64,000 nt of DNA, from the NCBI GenBank assembly GCA_963714975.1, contig CAVQQD010000002.1:1176462-1240461 (forward strand), written 5' to 3'. Below the pieces are notes generated by a model. That model did no database searches, was not told the DNA's origin, and saw only the letters and a program-made list of their open reading frames with translations. Both the position numbers and the translations under genes were made by a program. Within the stretch, counting starts at the first letter, position 1, and each line of letters begins with the position of its first letter. Positions 10,752-21,792 of the stretch are shown here, piece by piece. The DNA is from an uncultured Gammaproteobacteria bacterium. GTDB lineage: Bacteria; Pseudomonadota; Gammaproteobacteria; JAURND01.

Positions 10752-13406
10752 ATGCCTTCGCGCAACACCTTAAAAACCAAACGATCGCTCGTATTAAACC
10801 ACGAAACTTATTACTACTACCATTTACCAACCGCCTACCAAGTACTCGGTGACTGCTCCCGCTTACCCAATTCATTAAAAGTGCTGCTTGAAAACCTCCT
10901 GCGCCATGAAGATGGAGAAACAGTCACGATTGAAGATTTGCAAGCCATCGCCCGTTGGCTAACAGCGCGCAGTTCCCAGCGCGAAATTGCTTTTCGCCCG
11001 GCCAGGGTGTTAATGCAAGATTTTACCGGCGTCCCGGCGGTGGTTGACCTAGCAGCAATGCGTGATGCGATGGTAAAGCTGGGAGGAGATCCCGCAAAAA
11101 TCAATCCCTCAACTCCTGTGGACTTAGTCATTGATCATTCAGTACAAGTCGATGAATTTGGATCTGCGCAAGCCTTTAAACACAATGTTCACCGAGAAAT
11201 GGAACGTAATTATGAGCGCTACGCTTTTTTGCGCTGGGGACAACAGGCCTTTGATAACTTCAAAGTAGTTCCCCCGGGCACGGGAATCTGTCATCAAGTC
11301 AATCTGGAATACCTAGCAAAAGCCGTTTGGAGTAGCGAAGTGGCGGGGGAACTACTAGCTTATCCAGATACCATCGTTGGCACCGATAGTCACACCACGA
11401 TGATTAATGGCTTGGGAGTATTGGGCTGGGGTGTAGGAGGTATCGAAGCTGAGGCGGCTATGTTGGGCCAACCCATTTCTATGCTCATCCCAGAAGTGGT
11501 TGGCTTTAGACTTTCTGGCCAACTACGCGAAGGCGTTACTGCCACTGATCTTGTTCTCACCATCACCCAAATGCTACGGAAACAAGGGGTGGTGGGTAAA
11601 TTTGTCGAATTCTACGGGCCTGGCTTGGCCCAATTACCCGTGGCTGATCGCGCCACTGTGGCTAATATGGCGCCTGAATATGGGGCTACGTGTGGCTTTT
11701 TTCCCATCGACGAACAAACTATTAATTACTTACGCCTCACCGGGCGTGATGAAGCGACGCTTACCTTAGTAGCAGCCTATGCGAAAGAACAAGGCCTGTG
11801 GCACAGCATTGAAAGCCCTGAGCCGGTATTCACTGTTACCCTGAGTTTAAATTTAAGCGAAGTCGAACCAAGCTTAGCTGGACCTAAACGTCCCCAAGAC
11901 AAAGTAGTTCTAGCGGATTCTAGCGGATAGTTTTGACCAATCAGTACAAGAAGCAGGAAAACGCATTTCGAGTCCCAGCGGCAGTGTCGATGAACTCGAC
12001 GATGGTGCCATCGTAATTGCCGCCATCACGAGCTGCACCAATACCTCAAACCCCAGTATATTAATGGCCGCTGGCCTACTCGCCAAAAAAGCACTGGAAA
12101 AAGGCCTGCAAAAAAAGTCCTGGGTTAAGTCATCACTAGCCCCAGGCTCTAAAGTAGTAACTGACTATCTCGAAAAAGCTGGACTCCAAACTTATTTAAA
12201 TCAGTTAGGCTTTTATTTGGTAGGCTACGGCTGTACTACCTGCATTGGTAATTCAGGTCCACTACCCGAATCAGTCCAACAAACTATCACTGATAAAAAT
12301 CTTATCGTCTGCTCTGTTTTGTCAGGCAATCGCAATTTTGAAGGCCGGGTGCATCCCGCCACCAAAGCCAATTGGCTGGCTTCTCCTCCTTTGGTCGTTG
12401 CCTTGGCACTAGCGGGCACAATCCGCATTGATTTAAACACCGAACCTTTAGGAAAGGATCAAGCAGGTAATCCGGTATTTTTAAAAGATATTTGGCCCAG
12501 CCAGATAAAGAAATCGAACAGGCCATGGTCCAAATTAGCCAAGCTATGTTTACCAAAGAATACGCCGATGTTTTTGCTGGAGATGCCGAATGGATGGCAA
12601 ATTCCAGTTATCGAGGGTAATACCTATCAATGGCGAACCGATTCCACCTACGTAAAAAATCCGCCATTTTTTCAGGATATTGGTTTAAAACCCGCGCCGC
12701 GTTCAGATGTATTAGGAGCACGCGTTTTGGCTTTATTTGGCGATAGCATTACCACGGATCATATTTCCCCGGCGGGTAATATCAAAGCCGATAGTCCTGC
12801 CGGAATATATTTACGTGCCAAGGAGTAGCGCCGCAGGATTTCAATTCCTATGGTGCTCGCCGCGGTAATCATGAGGTAATGATGCGCGGTACATTTGCTA
12901 ATATCCGCATTCGCAATGAAATGACTCCCGGGGTTGAAGGCGGGGTGACGCAGATATTTCCCACTGGAGAAGTGCTCTCTATTTATGATGCCGCGATGCG
13001 TTATCACGCAGACAAAACCCCATTAATTGTTATTGCTGGGAAAGAATATGGCACAGGTTCCTCACGCGATTGGGCGGCCAAAGGACCTTGTCTATTAGGG
13101 ATTAAGGTGGTGATTGCAGAAAGTTTTGAGCGCATTCACCGCTCTAATTTGATTGGCATGGGGATCTTACCATTGCAATTTCCAGAAGGTATTAGCCGCA
13201 AAATCTTGTATCTAGATGGCAATGAACATTTTGACTTTCTAGGATTAAGCAATTTGGAACCAGGAACGAAAATCAAAGTGTTCATCACCAGGACTGACGG
13301 GCAAACCCAAGAGCTAACTCTACTCTGCCGAATCGATACCCGCAACGAGTTAGAATACTATAAACACGGCGGCATTCTCGCCTATGTACTGAGGAACTTG
13401 CTGTGA
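10752..13406 (+). CDS. acnA: Aconitate hydratase A (several apparent frameshifts)
   Basis: [50 protein letters not shown] across three ORFs. Confidence 0.95.
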
Positions 13407-13939
13407 ATGATCTCCAAAAACCACTGCTTGGTGTTGTCATGGGATCCAAATCCGATTGGGAAACCCTGCAACATAGTACACTTACCTTAGAGCAATTACA
13501 TATTCCTCATGAAGTGAAAATTGTTTCAGCTCATCGCACGCCCGATTTATTATTTCACTATGCTGAAACGGCAGAAAATAGGGGGCTACATGCCATCATT
13601 GCTGGAGCTGGAGGTGCAGCACATTTACCTGGAATGTTGGCAGCAAAAACCGCTTTGCCGATTTTAGGGGTGCCAATTTCCGCAACGTCTCTGCAAGGTT
13701 TAGATGCGCTACTCTCAATCGTGCAAATGCCTGGGGGAATTCCGGTTGCCACTTTTGCTATTGGTAAAGCAGGCGCGATTAATGCGGCTTTATTTGCTGC
13801 AGCATTACTAGCACGGGAATTCCCAGAGATTCATGCCGCTTTAGCACACTATCGCGAGCAACAAACTCAGCAGGTTTTAAATCAATCCGGCATGTTCCCC
13901 CTACCCCCCTCTGAAAAAGGGGAAACAGGGGGGATTTGA
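13403..13939 (+). CDS. purE: N5-CAIR mutase
   Basis: [24 protein letters not shown]. Confidence 0.96.
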   Translation: MNDLQKPLLGVVMGSKSDWETLQHSTLTLEQLHIPHEVKIVSAHRTPDLLFHYAETAENRGLHAIIAGAGGAAHLPGMLAAKTALPILGVPISATSLQGLDALLSIVQMPGGIPVATFAIGKAGAINAALFAAALLAREFPEIHAALAHYREQQTQQVLNQSGMFPLPPSEKGETGGI

Positions 13940-13967
13940 AAAGTAAGAGAAGAAGAAGGACAGTTAT

Positions 13968-15056
13968 ATGAAAGTGGGTGTCATTGGTGGTGGACAATTA
14001 GCACAGATGCTCGCCCTCGCAGGCTATCCATTAGGTATTAAAGTAATTTGCGTGGAAGCAACACAGGATTGTCCAGCAGCCCTAGTGACGGATGTGATTG
14101 TTGGCGCTTATGAAAACACGGAAAAGTTAGCTGAATTAGTGCAGCAAGTCGATGTGCTCACTTATGAATTTGAAAATATTTCACTCGCAAGTATAAGCAC
14201 CCTGCAGAATATTAATTTATATCCGCCTTTAAATGCCTTAAGCATCGCCAAAGATCGTTTACTGGAAAAGCGCTTCTTTCAGCAAACTTCAGTACCAACG
14301 ACGCATTACTTAGCAGTGAATTCACGCAACGAACTTCAGCAGGCTGCCGCAGAAATTGGGTTACCTGCAGTATTGAAAACCCGTTCTTTTGGCTATGATG
14401 GCAAAGGACAATATGTCATTCAAACTGCAGCAGAAATTGCAACGGCTTGGGAAAAATTGCAAGGCACCGCACTTATTTTGGAAAATTGGGTAAAGTTTGA
14501 CTGTGAAGTTTCCTGCATTGCAGCACGCTCTCTGAGTGGAGAAATTTTGTTTTATCCATTGGTAAAAAATCAACATAAAGACGGCATTTTACGCATCTCG
14601 GAAGTCACTGCCTTCAATCCGCAGGTTACTAATTTAGCTCAGTCCTACGTGCGGCGTATGTTAAATGAATTAAACTACGTCGGAATTTTAGCCGTAGAAT
14701 TTTTTCTCGAAGGGGAGCAATTATTTGCTAATGAAATGGCGCCTAGAGTGCATAATTCGGGACATTGGACTATTGAAGGTGCGCAAATCAGCCAATTTGA
14801 AAATCATTTACGCGCAGTTTGTGGCTTGCCACTTGGCTCAACAGCCACCCGAGGTAAAGTTGCGATGTTTAATCTGATCAGTTCCGTTCCACCTCTTGAC
14901 GAAATTTTAAAAATTTCTGGCGCCCATTGCCATTTATATGGAAAGACAGCCCGGCCAGGACGCAAATTAGGCCATGTGACGTTGTGTACCGAGGATGAGC
15001 AAATTTATCATGAAGAGCTAACAGCACTAGATACATGCCTAGAGAACTATTCCTAA
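13968..15056 (+). CDS. purK: N5-CAIR synthase
   Basis: GGGQLA, GYDGKGQ, NEMAPRVHNSGHW, RKLGHV. Confidence 0.96.
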   Translation: MKVGVIGGGQLAQMLALAGYPLGIKVICVEATQDCPAALVTDVIVGAYENTEKLAELVQQVDVLTYEFENISLASISTLQNINLYPPLNALSIAKDRLLEKRFFQQTSVPTTHYLAVNSRNELQQAAAEIGLPAVLKTRSFGYDGKGQYVIQTAAEIATAWEKLQGTALILENWVKFDCEVSCIAARSLSGEILFYPLVKNQHKDGILRISEVTAFNPQVTNLAQSYVRRMLNELNYVGILAVEFFLEGEQLFANEMAPRVHNSGHWTIEGAQISQFENHLRAVCGLPLGSTATRGKVAMFNLISSVPPLDEILKISGAHCHLYGKTARPGRKLGHVTLCTEDEQIYHEELTALDTCLENYS

Positions 15057-16150
15057 AGTTTTCCCAATTATTACTCAAATGGTACGACCGAAACGGCCGT
15101 AAAACCTTACCCTGGCGTGAGGATATCAGTCCTTATCGAGTATGGGTGTCAGAGATCATGCTGCAGCAAACTCAAGTAAAAACGGTAATTCCTTATTTTT
15201 TACATTTTATCCAACACTTCCCTAGTGTAGATGATCTTGCTAACGCGCACGAAGATGAAGTATTGCACTTCTGGACTGGGCTGGGTTATTACAGTCGTGC
15301 GCGAAATTTACACCAAGCAGCTAAGATTATCCAAGCCAAATACCAAAGCTTAATTCCCAATCAGCTGGAAACGTTAATGAGTTTACCCGGGATAGGCCGC
15401 TCAACAGCCGGAGCAATTTTATCTATTGCCTTTAATCAAGCCACTCCCATTCTCGACGGAAATGTTAAACGAATTTTAACTCGTTTCCATGCGATTGAAG
15501 GCTCTCCAGAACTATCTGTAGTAAATCAGCAATTATGGCATTGGGCGCAAGTGTATACTCCAATGAAACGTGCGACTGATTATACTCAAGCCATCATGGA
15601 TCTGGGCGCTTTAATCTGCACCCGCAGCAATCCGCTGTGCTCAGCTTGTCCCCTGCAAGATCATTGCCAAGCCCACCAACAACAGCGGGAAACTGCCTTT
15701 CCTAGTCCTAAAAAACGCAAAGAAATTCCGCTGCGCCATGTACACATGCTCATTTTTCACGATCCGATTTCTAATCGTGTATTACTTGAAAAACGCCCGC
15801 CAGTTGGCGTTTGGGGAGGATTATGGAGTTTTCCAGAATGCTTAGACCCTCAAATTTTGCTTCAATGGAGCGAACAGCGCTATGGGCTACAAATCAGTCA
15901 AATCCAACAGCTGCCAATAATTATGCATAAATTTAGTCATTTTCAGTTGAATATCACTCCTCTTTATATTAAAGTACTCTCTAAATTAAGTGGCATACGG
16001 GATTCTGAACGCCAAACCTGGTATCACTTAGAAAAATCCTCGCCACGCGGCTTGCCTGCACCCGTAAAGCGCTTGTTGGCCGAGTTGACAGAAATTCTCC
16101 CGAAAAAGGGAGTGCTGGCAGAAATCCCTCCTTTGAAAAAGGGGGGTTAG
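15035..16150 (+). CDS. mutY: A/G-specific adenine glycosylase
   Basis: [29 protein letters not shown], Fe-S cysteine motif. Confidence 0.96.
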   Translation: MPRELFLKFSQLLLKWYDRNGRKTLPWREDISPYRVWVSEIMLQQTQVKTVIPYFLHFIQHFPSVDDLANAHEDEVLHFWTGLGYYSRARNLHQAAKIIQAKYQSLIPNQLETLMSLPGIGRSTAGAILSIAFNQATPILDGNVKRILTRFHAIEGSPELSVVNQQLWHWAQVYTPMKRATDYTQAIMDLGALICTRSNPLCSACPLQDHCQAHQQQRETAFPSPKKRKEIPLRHVHMLIFHDPISNRVLLEKRPPVGVWGGLWSFPECLDPQILLQWSEQRYGLQISQIQQLPIIMHKFSHFQLNITPLYIKVLSKLSGIRDSERQTWYHLEKSSPRGLPAPVKRLLAELTEILPKKGVLAEIPPLKKGG

Positions 16151-16163
16151 GGGAAATTTAAAA

Positions 16164-16433
16164 ATGACACGACCCAAAGTTTATTGCACTAAACTCAAAC
16201 AAGATTTAGAGGGACTGGCAGCACCACCCTTGCCTGGAGAACTTGGGGCGCGAATTTTTACAGAAATTTCCAAGCAAGCTTGGAACATGTGGCTTAGACA
16301 CCAAACCATGCTCATCAATGAATATCGTCTCTCTTTAATTGATCCCAAGGCACGAAAGTTTTTACTCGAAGAAGCAGAAAAATTTTTATTTGGAGGCGGC
16401 AGTGAAACACCTGCTGGTTTTGTAGAAACTTAA
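16164..16433 (+). CDS. yggX: Fe(II)-trafficking / oxidative damage protection protein
   Basis: ISKQAW...[11 protein letters not shown]; follows mutY. Confidence 0.93.
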   Translation: MTRPKVYCTKLKQDLEGLAAPPLPGELGARIFTEISKQAWNMWLRHQTMLINEYRLSLIDPKARKFLLEEAEKFLFGGGSETPAGFVET

Positions 16434-16447
16434 TTTTGGAGGCATTT

Positions 16448-16738
16448 ATGCAAAACCAAACACTGCGTGAAAGTATTGCAGATGGAGCAGGTAAAGGAAC
16501 TGTTGCAGGTATGTGTATTTTTATTCTCTTGACATTAGGGGTTATCGTCGGTGACTCTCCTTTAGATCTCCAAACGGCCATTTTAATTACTGTTCCGCCT
16601 ATCATCGGCGGTATGATTCTAGGAGCTATTGCGGGTTGGCATTGTCATTCCCACCGACATGATAGGCAAGCTGGGCTACCACAAAGACCAGTACCACCAC
16701 GTCCAGGTGACGCGGCCCAACAGCCTTTACTGAGCTAA
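16448..16738 (+). CDS. Small 2-TM membrane protein (paralog A)
   Basis: ESIADGAGKG...TVPPIIG shared with the next gene. Confidence 0.7.
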   Translation: MQNQTLRESIADGAGKGTVAGMCIFILLTLGVIVGDSPLDLQTAILITVPPIIGGMILGAIAGWHCHSHRHDRQAGLPQRPVPPRPGDAAQQPLLS

Positions 16739-16814
16739 TGAATACCCATAAACTAAAGAACCCGAATTATCGAGTTAGCCACCGAATATCTAGAAACTTA
16801 ATTTTGAGGCATCC

Positions 16815-17183
16815 ATGAGTGAACTAACAAATGACGAAAAGTCTGAAATTTATGAAAGTATTGCAGAAGGAGCAGGTAAAGGCGGTGCTGCAGGAATTAC
16901 ATTGATTGTTTGGATATCGTTAATGGCGCTTAAGCTCCATGATAATCTTGATGCCCGAACGGCCACTTTAGCTACTGTTCCACCTATTATTGGCCTTATG
17001 ATTCTGGGTGCGCTTTGGTATTATTATTCTAAACACAAGGAATTTACAGCTATGAACGAAGCATATCAAGAATTCAATCCAGATAGCGACAAGGAAGAGG
17101 GGGCAGTAAATGGCAAAAAAAACCTCGATTCATCTCAGCTTGTTGCTCTTACAGGTTCTATAAACGGAGGAACATGGCTGTAA
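16815..17183 (+). CDS. Small 2-TM membrane protein (paralog B)
   Basis: ESIAEGAGKG...TVPPIIG; upstream TAGAAACTTAATTTTG(G)AGGCAT is also duplicated. Confidence 0.7.
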   Translation: MSELTNDEKSEIYESIAEGAGKGGAAGITLIVWISLMALKLHDNLDARTATLATVPPIIGLMILGALWYYYSKHKEFTAMNEAYQEFNPDSDKEEGAVNGKKNLDSSQLVALTGSINGGTWL

Positions 17184-17272
17184 AACCCCTTTTCCTCTGC
17201 TAAAATTTGTAGCAAAGACTATTAAATCCCTGATTCCGCTTGTGGGAGAAGGGAAGCCAAAAGGAGAATTTT

Positions 17273-17923
17273 ATGCCAAAAAAATCAGCGAAACCTGATA
17301 TTGTCCAAGAAGCTTCAGAAGAATCCTTCCCAGCCAGTGATGCCCCAGCCTGGGGAACCCGAGAATCCCCCCCTCCTACTGTCGACCACAATACCGCAGA
17401 AATTTTGCTGCACGAGCACCAGGTAATCCTTAAGATGATCAAAGGCATAGATCAGCTAGTCGAAAATCTACAGCGCAACAAGCCTATCGGGAAAGAAAAA
17501 ATATCTGATACCCAAGAATTTATTCATACCTTTGTAGAAGGTTATCATCATCGCAAAGAGCGTCGATCTTTACTTCATGCCATTAAAAGTGGACAACTCA
17601 AAGCCAAGGAATATCCTCACGATTTTTTTATCCAAGAACACAAGAAAGCTCGGCAATTAGAACAGAAACTCGAACAACTTTCGCAGGTCATGCCAAATGA
17701 TTCTTCTTCACAAAATGATCAATTAATTAAAACCCTCTTGGAAATTAAAGGACTTTATTTTACCCACATTCAAAACGAAGAACAGCTGATTTTTCCTCTG
17801 ATCAAATTATTAGATAAAAACCTGCAAGAATCTTTGTTTACGCAAATTCAAAAAATCGAGCAGCAATTTGGCCCTGAGATTCAAAAACACATTCTTCAGA
17901 TTACCGAAAATATTTCTAAATAA
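17273..17923 (+). CDS. Hemerythrin/HHE domain protein
   Basis: HEH, HHRKE, EH and HIQNEEQLIFP; N-terminal ASEESFPASDAPAW motif. Confidence 0.8.
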   Translation: MPKKSAKPDIVQEASEESFPASDAPAWGTRESPPPTVDHNTAEILLHEHQVILKMIKGIDQLVENLQRNKPIGKEKISDTQEFIHTFVEGYHHRKERRSLLHAIKSGQLKAKEYPHDFFIQEHKKARQLEQKLEQLSQVMPNDSSSQNDQLIKTLLEIKGLYFTHIQNEEQLIFPLIKLLDKNLQESLFTQIQKIEQQFGPEIQKHILQITENISK

Positions 17924-17953
17924 TCAATTTCGTATACCAATAGTTAGAAGTTT

Positions 17954-17977
17954 AAAAGGTTCTATATAGAACCTTTT
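17954..17977. terminator. Probable intrinsic terminator
   Basis: AAAAGGTTCTATATAGAACCTTTT palindrome after the hemerythrin gene. Confidence 0.55.
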
Positions 17978-17980
17978 TCT

Positions 17981-18009
17981 TTGACATCACTTTAATGGTT
18001 TGTTAAGAT
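17981..18009 (+). promoter_or_regulatory. sigma70-type promoter
   Basis: TTGACA-17 nt-TAAGAT upstream of the BON/DUF883/CsbD genes. Confidence 0.65.
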
Positions 18010-18104
18010 GAGACAGTTTCTTCGAAGAAATGCTTTAATAGATTTAAAAGCCATATTTCTGGCATTTAAATATGTTTATTAATTTTTTTTGAAGGAGAAA
18101 CTCA

Positions 18105-18626
18105 ATGATAGCAATATTAAAAAGAGCAATAATTATCTTCTTATTCTTATCGCTACAATCTTTTGCTTCCGACATTACCGATAGTGACATTGCTTCAAGC
18201 ATTCAAAAGCAAATTTCTTTCAATCCCGTCACTTCCTCCACCCATGTTAAATTAATCAGTAATGCAGGCACTATTAGCTTCTCAGGTGTAGTTAAAACAG
18301 ATCAACAAGCTAGTACTTTAATTGAAATTGCCCAGGCTACTCCTGGAGTTGTTGATGTGAATATAGAAGATCTTAGGGTCAAAGAAAGTAAACAACCTTT
18401 AGCTGATACCTTGATTACTGCCAAAATAAAAGGATTATTTTTACGCGATAAATTATTTTCCGAAAAATCTATTGCTTCAGGTAGCTTAGTAGAAACTAAG
18501 AATGGAGTTGTTCATTTAGCAGGTGAAGCTAGTTCGGAAGATGCTATTAAAAATGCTATTGAATTGGCTCAATCTGTGAAAGGAGTCAAGAAAGTAGAAT
18601 CTCATCTGGTGATAACTCAAAAGTAA
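18105..18626 (+). CDS. OsmY-like dual BON-domain protein
   Basis: Signal peptide; DTLITAKIK, VETKNGVVHLAG, VKGVKKVESHL. Confidence 0.88.
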   Translation: MIAILKRAIIIFLFLSLQSFASDITDSDIASSIQKQISFNPVTSSTHVKLISNAGTISFSGVVKTDQQASTLIEIAQATPGVVDVNIEDLRVKESKQPLADTLITAKIKGLFLRDKLFSEKSIASGSLVETKNGVVHLAGEASSEDAIKNAIELAQSVKGVKKVESHLVITQK

Positions 18627-18663
18627 TTTCGAAAACTATTCTAACCCTATAGGAGGAATTGAT

Positions 18664-18978
18664 ATGAGCAAATTAAATAATCAGTTACATTTGGAACAAG
18701 AAAAACCAATAAACTTTCAATCAAGAGACAACAAGTCTCTGGAATCATCTCAAAATGATCAAGATAATCCAGGCAATTTTATTGAAAGGGGAAAAGATAT
18801 GATTAAAAACTTTAAAAATGAAGCTAAAGATAAGCTAGAGGAAGCAGTGGATCAAGTGAAGGATAAATCATCAGAGACTCAAGCTGCTTTAGGTAATTAT
18901 ATAAAGAAGCATCCTATTTTTTCTTTAGGTTGTGCTGCGTTGGCTGGTGTTGTACTTGCTGCTATATTGCGAAGATAA
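18664..18978 (+). CDS. DUF883 (ElaB/YqjD-like) protein
   Basis: C-terminal YIKKHP-hydrophobic helix-RR. Confidence 0.8.
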   Translation: MSKLNNQLHLEQEKPINFQSRDNKSLESSQNDQDNPGNFIERGKDMIKNFKNEAKDKLEEAVDQVKDKSSETQAALGNYIKKHPIFSLGCAALAGVVLAAILRR

Positions 18979-19035
18979 ATCTAGCAGTATCTGGGAAGTT
19001 ACGAATAGTTAAATTTCAAACATAATGGAGGTAAG

Positions 19036-19251
19036 ATGATGAATAAAGACATTTTTGAAGGGCGCTGGAAAACACTTAAAGGTAAATTTAAACAACAATG
19101 GGGTCTTTTCACCGATGATGAAATTGACATGATGAAGGGAAAATCCGAGGAATTGGAGGGCAAATTGCAAGAAAAATATGGATATACTAAAGAAAAATCC
19201 AAACAAATGTTGAAAAATTTTTTGGAGCACAATACAGATGACAGAAAATAA
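19036..19251 (+). CDS. CsbD family protein
   Basis: EGRWKTLKGKFKQQWG, GKLQEKYG. Confidence 0.9.
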   Translation: MMNKDIFEGRWKTLKGKFKQQWGLFTDDEIDMMKGKSEELEGKLQEKYGYTKEKSKQMLKNFLEHNTDDRK

Positions 19252-19264
19252 TTACTAATCACTC

Positions 19265-19352
19265 GTCATCCCGGCATGGATGCCGGGATCAACCTCGAGG
19301 AAATGAATTTTTCGGAAAATGGTGAACTGGATCCCAAGACCCTACAAGATGA
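19265..19352. repeat. REP/RPE-like palindromic element
   Basis: GTCATCCCGGCATGGATGCCGGGATC...GGATCCC...GATGAC; relatives at 39117 and 48868. Confidence 0.6.
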
Positions 19353-19408
19353 CCAGTACTTAAATGCGATCTGCGCATCGAATAGATATTTGAGAGCTTT
19401 CAAAACTA

Positions 19409-19437
19409 TTGACTCTGGACAAAGTAAACGGTTTAAT
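19409..19437 (+). promoter_or_regulatory. tRNA-Phe promoter
   Basis: TTGACT-17 nt-TTTAAT. Confidence 0.6.
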
Positions 19438-19455
19438 CTGCTTTCTTCCCACTTC

Positions 19456-19531
<76 letters not shown>

Positions 19532-20918
19532 ATAAAATCAAATACTTACAGAAACGGTCAAACTGCAAGGTTTCCTTATGTAGAATATATGTAGAAGAAT
19601 TGAGGTCTTCATTCTAATTTGAATCCCGATTCAAATTCATTAAAGAACTGGTTTTGAGCAGGATTATTGGATGCCAATTGTCTAACAAGGAAAGAGTAGA
19701 TGGAGTAGTTGTAGCTACTTTAACCTCCTCAGCTAACTCGTACTATGAATCAGACTCACCGACTGATTGGTTTGTGCCACCTGCAACCCCTCTCTCCTGC
19801 TTAATTTGATCCCTAAAATCTCATACATAGATTCGGTACCGCCCATAGCCTTCAACGCTCATTGAAAGAGAGCCACTTATACTCACTAAAAGTGATCCAC
19901 CATTGATTAAATATTTATTTCCACTTAATGCCGATAAAAAAACAATTGACACAACGATAGTTACTAATTATTCTCATATGGTATAGTAACAAGGTTAGGT
20001 CTTATGGCGCGCGCCATAATTCTTGTAACACCATGATTTTAATGGGCCATTTGATTTTATTATTAATATACTAATAAAAGAAAATCTCTTACCCCATAAT
20101 CACAAATTAAAACTCTTCTGCCACTCTACCTATGGACTTCGTGAATAATGGGGATAACTAAAAAGCCAGTTATCCCCATTATTCACAAGGGCCCACAGGT
20201 CAAAACAATAATTTTTTAATTTAAATATTCGTTATTGTTTATATGAAACTTTTACCCAAGCCATCCCCAGGGCGTCTGTCTAAGTAACCAATAAACTGAT
20301 TTTGGTAGCCTCAACAACCTAAAGTAAGTGCGCACATAGTGGATCACTTTTAGTGAGTATAAGTGGCTCAGTTTTGGTAAGCGCCGAAGCCATAGCTGGT
20401 ATAGCAGTCCCCTTCCAAGCGCACAGAAACCTTGAGGAATTTGCGTGGTTGTATTGCGCCAATACATCAAAATTGTTCCAACCATCCCCTACCAGGCCCG
20501 AACTCCTCAACGCTAAAAATTTTTGACTGACTGCGACACGAAGTCGCACAGTAGGGTTGTCCCACCAATCCATAAGGACATCGGGACGGGACCATTCGTA
20601 CCACCCAATGAAGCCTAGGAGCTTGAATCAAAGAGCAGCCGGGATTCAAAGTCGGGAGACACGAATCCTCCTGGTAGTCGCAATACTGGGTAAGTGCTAG
20701 GCATGTTAGATGGGGTGAACATATGTGAATCCGCAATAAAGATCGTGATTTTAAACAAGCGAAAGCGACACCGCTATATTCCTATTCAAGTATTGTATTC
20801 GCTCCATCCAGACTATGATGGGCCAAATATTATGGGATGCTTATGCAGACTTTTACCTGACCATGATCTATTGGATAAAAACAATTTTGTCAAATTTATT
20901 TTGTGAGTAATATTGTCA

Positions 20919-21383
20919 TTATGGAATACCCAATATAGCTTTCACTTGGCCTCTAGTCATTCCATATTTTTTGGCTGTATATTCTAAATTTTCAGGAGTA
21001 ACATAAAAATATTTAGATTTTGCAGAATCGCCACCTGAAATAATGTACTCTCCTGCCTGTGTTTCTCGCGCACCCAATTTAGATTTGACTTGATCTAAAG
21101 TCAAGCCATACTTCTTAGCGGTATACTCTAAATCTTCTTGAGTAAATTTTAAATCTTTTCTGCCAAGAGTATTAGGCTCTTTAGGCTCATCACGAAGCCC
21201 TAAAGGATCATTAGAATTAGCTGTACCAATAAATTGAATTTTTGGTTTTTGTTTTTCATGATCAAAAAGGCATAATTGAACACATTTATCTTTACAGGCT
21301 TGTAACCATAAACTGATTATTATGACTAAAATCATTCGACATATTGCTTCTTCTTTATTGTTTCGAAAAAATTTAATCATCAT
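20919..21383 (-). CDS. Putative lipoprotein with duplicated helical motif
   Basis: Hydrophobic stretch plus LQAC; repeat EDLEYTAKKYGLTLDQVK / ENLEYTAKKYGMTRGQVK; start uncertain. Confidence 0.55.
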   Translation of the reverse strand: MMIKFFRNNKEEAICRMILVIIISLWLQACKDKCVQLCLFDHEKQKPKIQFIGTANSNDPLGLRDEPKEPNTLGRKDLKFTQEDLEYTAKKYGLTLDQVKSKLGARETQAGEYIISGGDSAKSKYFYVTPENLEYTAKKYGMTRGQVKAILGIP

Positions 21384-21792
21384 TTTCGTCTTTGCCATCA
21401 TCTGTATTCGATGAATTAACCATTTGAATAATATAATTTTTATAACTCTTCTCGTCTCCGGAGGGCTTGCCCAAGGGTTCATGTTCACCACATGGATCTT
21501 CATATATAAAGAAATACTTGTGATCTTTTTTGTTGATATATTTACCAGAAGCTTCAAAAAATTTCTTTTGACGCAATTTTATAATTCGCAATTGCCTAAT
21601 GATCACATTGCCGATTTCGTACAGATTGTTTGCAATCTTCATTAACAAACAAACAGTTAAAATAGCAAAAATAAGAAAATCCCACTTTGGGAAATAAAGA
21701 TGACAGATTACAAAAGCTACGACAACAATAATAACTTTAATTGAATGGTACTCCCCATTGTCAGACACCTCATGGCGCTGACGCGCCGCCAC
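21373..21792 (-). CDS. Hypothetical membrane protein
   Basis: 139-aa ORF with two hydrophobic segments. Confidence 0.45.
   Translation of the reverse strand: MAARQRHEVSDNGEYHSIKVIIVVVAFVICHLYFPKWDFLIFAILTVCLLMKIANNLYEIGNVIIRQLRIIKLRQKKFFEASGKYINKKDHKYFFIYEDPCGEHEPLGKPSGDEKSYKNYIIQMVNSSNTDDGKDENDD

Noticed and set aside
6093-13406. rpoD and acnA as pseudogenes or programmed frameshifts
   Set aside because: RpoD is essential and single-base shifts are scattered across many genes, which fits read indel errors; raw reads would settle it.
20252-20736. Three overlapping minus-strand ORFs
   Set aside because: Short, mutually overlapping, with no recognisable motifs or RBS.
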